From: a virus
Taxonomy: Duplodnaviria > Heunggongvirae > Uroviricota > Caudoviricetes
Strand: one strand, 5' to 3'
Virus record (IMG/VR): IMGVR_UViG_2919367315_000003
Coordinates: 1 to 30,133 of that record
DNA: 30,133 nt
Position 1 is the first letter of the stretch, and each line of letters opens with the position of its first letter. Both the position numbers and the translations under genes were made by a program. The notes beneath the pieces were generated by a model. It saw only the letters and a list, made by a program, of their open reading frames with translations, did not search any database and had not been told where the DNA came from. Below, piece by piece: positions 26,701 to 30,133 of this stretch.

Positions 26701-29700
26701 TTAAATGTTTTAGACGATGACAAAGAAAGAGCTTCAGATATCATCGAGTCTAAGCCAGTTCCACCTTTTGTAGTAGTGGTAACTTTCGTGGATACCAATT
26801 TCGATGGATCTTTAATTCCTTCAGTTAGCAAAGCGGCTTGCTTTTCAAGAAGTTTAATTTCCTCTTTAAGAGCTTTACCGTATTCCTCAGATCCTTTTTT
26901 CAGACGACTCTTTTTACTATTCAAAGCATCTTGAGCAGCTTCGACAGCTTTAAGTTTCTTCTGAGTTTCAGTTAAAATCTCGTTTGTTTGAGACATAGAA
27001 TCATTGTATTGATCATTTTTCTTTTTTGATTCTGTGCTAACACCATAATTCGGATCATCAAACAATTTCCCTAAATCATTTAACTGTTTATACAAATCAG
27101 AAACTGTTTCAACTTGGCTCTTGGTGTCGTCAATTAACTTATTATGTTCTTGGGCTAGCTTGGGTAGGTAGCCATCCATAATGGGATTCAAACCCGGTAG
27201 AATACTTGGAGCTTTAACATTCATCCCATCAGACGTGGGAATTTTTTTGGAATTAAGTTCGTCGATTGCCTTTTGCTTGTTCGCGATTTTATCTAAGGCA
27301 TTGACTTCAATGTCATAAATTTTCAACCGATTCAGAGTGGCTTGGAGCAGTTGGGTAGTTTTTGTCTTCTCTTGTTCTAGAGTGTATTTAGTTTCAGTAA
27401 TCTTAGCTTTTTGTAAAGCTTGTATTGCTGATTTCTCTATTGTCCACCCATCAGCAACTTTTTTGATGTGTCCAGCAAGAGAAGGGTACTTGACTATTAA
27501 TTCAGCTACTTGATCAGCATTAAGGGCATTACCTTTGCTAATGTCTGCCATAACCTTGTTTAAATCTTTAATCTCGGAACTAGTATCCTTATACGCAGAT
27601 TGAAGAGACTTTTGTAATGACTCAATTTGTCCCGATGTTTTAGCAAATTGTTGAGCGGCAACGTCTGCCATACTAAAAGCTGGGAACATGGCCATTACAG
27701 ATTCTTTGTAATCTCCAAACATTGGAACGCCATTAGTTACGGTTTCCAATAGCGCAGAAATATCGTTGCGGACTTTCAATATCTCATTATTATTTTGAGT
27801 TGAGGGGTCAAGCTTAAAGGCATCGCTTAGTTTTTGATATTTTTGAATTAAGCCTTCAATATTACTGTTATTAAGACTATCAACTACTTGGCGAATTTGA
27901 TTTTCTTGTACATTAAGACTCGAAGAGTTACCAGCAATGGATTTCACCATCTCTTGAACAAAGGCGCGCTGAGAATCAGATACTGTTTTACCTTTGTCGG
28001 TCAATTCAGATATATATTGAGTCGTGGAATCTTGGAGAACTTTTATTCTTCCACTTAATGCTTCATATAATTTTCCATTGGACTCAGACATTTTACCTTG
28101 CAATTCCGCGTCTGTCCGATTGTACTGCTCCAACAATCCTTTTGCTGAATACTGAAGTTGATCTAAGTCCTTACCAAAAATAGAATCAGAGGTAGCCAAA
28201 TCGCCATATTTTTTAAGAATGTCCGATGTATTAATTTTAGTATCGGGAGACAACTTTCCTGATTCTAAGTCCTTTTTAAGCAATTCGATTTGTTTCTTAG
28301 TTGTATCTATTTTCTTTTGGTACTCATCAACTTCTTCTTTGCTATCTTTTATTTTTGTTGTGCTTTCATTATCTTGACCAGCCAATTTGGATCGATTAAG
28401 CGAATTTTCCGCTTCGATTTGCTTCTGTAGTGCTTCAGTACGAGTATTAATTGCGTCTACTGAATCAGTATAAGCCTTACCTTCAGCATTTATTTTGTTA
28501 GCAGCAACACCATATTGCTCAACCAACATTACTTGAATTTCTAACAATCTTTTTTTCTGATCTGTATTGATTGTTTGATTGCTTTCAGCTTCTTGGAGTG
28601 TACTCATTTCTTGAGATAAATCTTCAATAGACTTCTTTTGCTCTCTATACGAATTTACAGTGTCATAGTTAATCGTCCTAGCTTCTCTGGCGGCTTCGTT
28701 AGATTTTGTAATCCAAGAAAACAATTCTGTCAAAGCCCAAGTAACACCCGTAATAATTGCTAATGGAGCAATAGTTCTTCCTAAAGCAGCAAAAGAGGTT
28801 CCAAGTATTTTAAGGGAAGCGGAGGCGAGTCCATTGGTGGCAATAAGGGATCGCAATTCAAGCTTAAACAGGTTCAATTTCAAAGGAATAGTAGTCAAGA
28901 GTGTGTAGAGTGGAGTAAGCCCCGTTTTTGAAAATAGCATAAATGCTAGTGTAGCAGCTCCTACAACTGTAGGAAGGAATCCAATTGTGCTAGATACTTT
29001 ACCTAATACGTTAATAAGAGTAGTTCCTAAATCAACAACACCCTTTAGGAAACTAGCACTAATTGAGTGCTCCCAGAAAGCGCTGGCTGCATTGGTAAAG
29101 GTGTGAATTCTTCCTTCCAATGATGCCAGATATGTTTCATTTTCCTTAGAAGCTGAACCGAACGAGTTAATACCTGCTTCTAAAGAAGCTTGAGCGTCTT
29201 TCCAGTTACTAATCATGGAGGCCGCAATATTACCTTGCATTTTACCAGCTACTAATTCTAGAACATCGGCTTGTTGAATATCGCTAAGATTTTTCCAAAT
29301 CTTTGATAGGTCATCGAATATTTCATATGTACTCTTAAAAGTTTTATCATCTTTTTTTAGTGTTAATCCAAGCGATTGAAACTTTTTCTCAAGCTTAGGA
29401 ACGAGTCCATCGATTGCTTCTCCATCTTCTCCCACACCACGCAAACGCATTGATAGTGTTTTGAGTGCATTACCTACTTTAGCTGGATCTTGCACTGTAC
29501 TATTTGCTGCCGTAATCAAAGCGACTGACTGTTCAATTGTATTGCCAGCAGAGGAGAGGGAGGATGCCGATCGTTGTACCGCTTGACCAATTCCTTCAGT
29601 GGAGATAGCAAACTTATTACCAACCTCATTATAAACATCCACGACATGTTGAATGTTCTTGCCTTCGTTGTCTACCTCAATACCAAATCCCTTAATTGAG

Positions 29701-30133
29701 GAAATAAGCTGTTTGGATGCTTCTTGAGCGTTGCTGATATCACCAACATTTTGGTAAACCAAAGTTTGTTTGGCAAGTTGCTGCGATTGCTGAATTGTGT
29801 AACCTAGTCTTGCCCATTCAGTGGTGGAGTTAATTACATCTAAAGTCAAACCGCCAATTTCATTTGCCGTTTTAGACGAGTTCAAAATGACTTGCTGGTA
29901 CATTTCATTTGTTTCATCTGTAACTTTTTTGAGATCAGTCATTGCTTTATCTAGTTCATAGATATGTTGAATGCCTTCTTTAAAAGCGTTAATTGGAGCA
30001 TAGATTGCAGCAGTGACTGCTGACCACATGATCATGCTTTTAAGTATGCCTTGAATAGAACTACCGAAAGTTTCAGAACTTTTACTCGCTTCGTTAAAAC
30101 CTTGCACAGTTCTTTTTAAATCGTTATTCAGAT
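23784..30133 (-). CDS. Tail tape measure protein with NlpC/P60 (~26350-26740) and SLT lytic transglycosylase (~25910-26290) domains; 5' end beyond the window
   Basis: TP901-type TMP core (LDKAMTDLKKV, WARLGY, VGNALKTLSMRL), long coiled coils; SDCSLFVQ/GDLVFF/SHVGVYMG; VDPALIKAIIQQESS/MQV/YNMGPG; frame open to the window edge. Confidence 0.95.
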   Translation of the reverse strand, partial: LNNDLKRTVQGFNEASKSSETFGSSIQGILKSMIMWSAVTAAIYAPINAFKEGIQHIYELDKAMTDLKKVTDETNEMYQQVILNSSKTANEIGGLTLDVINSTTEWARLGYTIQQSQQLAKQTLVYQNVGDISNAQEASKQLISSIKGFGIEVDNEGKNIQHVVDVYNEVGNKFAISTEGIGQAVQRSASSLSSAGNTIEQSVALITAANSTVQDPAKVGNALKTLSMRLRGVGEDGEAIDGLVPKLEKKFQSLGLTLKKDDKTFKSTYEIFDDLSKIWKNLSDIQQADVLELVAGKMQGNIAASMISNWKDAQASLEAGINSFGSASKENETYLASLEGRIHTFTNAASAFWEHSISASFLKGVVDLGTTLINVLGKVSSTIGFLPTVVGAATLAFMLFSKTGLTPLYTLLTTIPLKLNLFKLELRSLIATNGLASASLKILGTSFAALGRTIAPLAIITGVTWALTELFSWITKSNEAAREARTINYDTVNSYREQKKSIEDLSQEMSTLQEAESNQTINTDQKKRLLEIQVMLVEQYGVAANKINAEGKAYTDSVDAINTRTEALQKQIEAENSLNRSKLAGQDNESTTKIKDSKEEVDEYQKKIDTTKKQIELLKKDLESGKLSPDTKINTSDILKKYGDLATSDSIFGKDLDQLQYSAKGLLEQYNRTDAELQGKMSESNGKLYEALSGRIKVLQDSTTQYISELTDKGKTVSDSQRAFVQEMVKSIAGNSSSLNVQENQIRQVVDSLNNSNIEGLIQKYQKLSDAFKLDPSTQNNNEILKVRNDISALLETVTNGVPMFGDYKESVMAMFPAFSMADVAAQQFAKTSGQIESLQKSLQSAYKDTSSEIKDLNKVMADISKGNALNADQVAELIVKYPSLAGHIKKVADGWTIEKSAIQALQKAKITETKYTLEQEKTKTTQLLQATLNRLKIYDIEVNALDKIANKQKAIDELNSKKIPTSDGMNVKAPSILPGLNPIMDGYLPKLAQEHNKLIDDTKSQVETVSDLYKQLNDLGKLFDDPNYGVSTESKKKNDQYNDSMSQTNEILTETQKKLKAVEAAQDALNSKKSRLKKGSEEYGKALKEEIKLLEKQAALLTEGIKDPSKLVSTKVTTTTKGGTGLDSMISEALSLSSSKTFKYSQAAKSNVSYDQFTATAVSDCSLFVQQMFKEFLDIKLPRTTQEQVKQGQAVTNKKDLQKGDLVFFNTVKGKANSHVGVYMGDGNFMQMGNSGLKQGNLNDKYWADKYSGARRIPGANAIPEVQPPSTSTSTKVTGKNADLINKYAGANGVDPALIKAIIQQESSNGANGIKNVMQVSSLGKNTSVESSIKTGTSMFAKYLNQTGNVDVALAMYNMGPGILDYFNKNGGYSVENMKKFSAMQKSKTGSKVYGDVNYVGNVLRYYDGDTSSVSGGKTKNKYTLPSASDMDKAQADAREQRTTTYDNIYKARIDYIDNYVTISQNKLDALDADIAKSQGRQAKYDQVSANWRKEESSQIKSLTAQQKELVAQNINLDNLVKQNKITSGEFDKQKASNSSKWWEIEQQKQEKYYAVIVSNLDEYEKKIDAAADKIALSKARMESLDENSKEYQKELVTQIGLINEQRVATEKEILAVERQLKNEKLSLQNKEELSKRLQDLTLKNLEYNNAIYSIKSDAADKIIEAYKKMVEKQKDIALKAIDKQKDAEDKRHEQVVSNLDDEEKRFEDMINARLKALGRNNEADDYETELKKKLDERQKLQDRFNKELLDNSFEAKARRKDLQEQIDAKNEEIDKFKLDRERELRQENLQDQLEDRKKYLDKSKDAEDKTHDAITDNIEREKELTEQKYDDILEDEQRYYKMKQNLMSDDKSKVKSVIDELKGEYSNFFTFLQDQSLETSKQLQNMLDSISMDQSKLDDFLNLDSGIGNGSSVGIGDGNSTGNGKDNSNQKADWSKYLSNKQQAENISKQVVQLQREKKPDANKIKSLQAQFQSLKQQNDDMRSKWGFPDGSYDYLKGIKPFSAKTGGKTPDNMGGKGMFLLAHEKELVLNQNDTSNMLKLVDITRGIIDKIKGGFDFAKVSPISNSNKSDTTTITNYLNIDMSSSGNAQTDRKSIKTLIEGFERNGVTLRVT

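Larger units (their letters stand above)
1..30133 (-). mobile_element. Temperate siphophage/prophage, SPbeta-like late region (tail + lysis)
   Basis: Co-oriented TMP, Tal, Dit, fibre genes, holin and endolysin, with moron insertions. Confidence 0.9.

Noticed and set aside
1441-26720. Remaining short antisense or nested ORFs in the track (e.g. 2501, 8008, 10394-10752, 17494, 20609, 25668, 26523)
   Set aside because: They lie within long, well-supported genes and show no motifs; treated as shadow ORFs
30105-30107. GTG at 30107 as the tape measure start
   Set aside because: The frame stays open to the window edge and there is no SD; the gene is truncated by the window

Overview
The window is the tail-morphogenesis and lysis end of a large, AT-rich temperate siphophage or prophage of Bacillales. 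It looks SPbeta-like, and the host is probably Paenibacillus (inferred from the copper-amine-oxidase-stalk protein and the endolysin C-terminus). Almost all genes are on the minus strand. In transcription order: tape measure protein carrying NlpC/P60 and SLT domains (5' end off-window); large Tal/hub-spike protein; a ~6 kb accessory island; a Dit split into two genes around a CBM-repeat gene; a PAAR-like protein; a fibre protein; a 186-aa Ig/pilin-like protein; a cassette of SPRY, discoidin and beta-helix proteins sharing one ~85-aa module; a DNRLRE repeat protein; holin, amidase endolysin and a second holin-like gene. The island is bracketed by two GNAT toxin-antitoxin-like pairs. It also holds a type I toxin-antitoxin locus missing from the ORF track, an XRE/BRO-KilA-C regulatory unit and a secreted ankyrin protein. 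The strongest candidates for novelty are the modular adhesin cassette with its possible pilin-like fibre, a PAAR-capped spike on an apparently non-contractile tail, and GNAT toxins paired with a non-RHH 'PTLxGxDA' antitoxin. All family assignments come from reading motifs by eye; no database searches were run.
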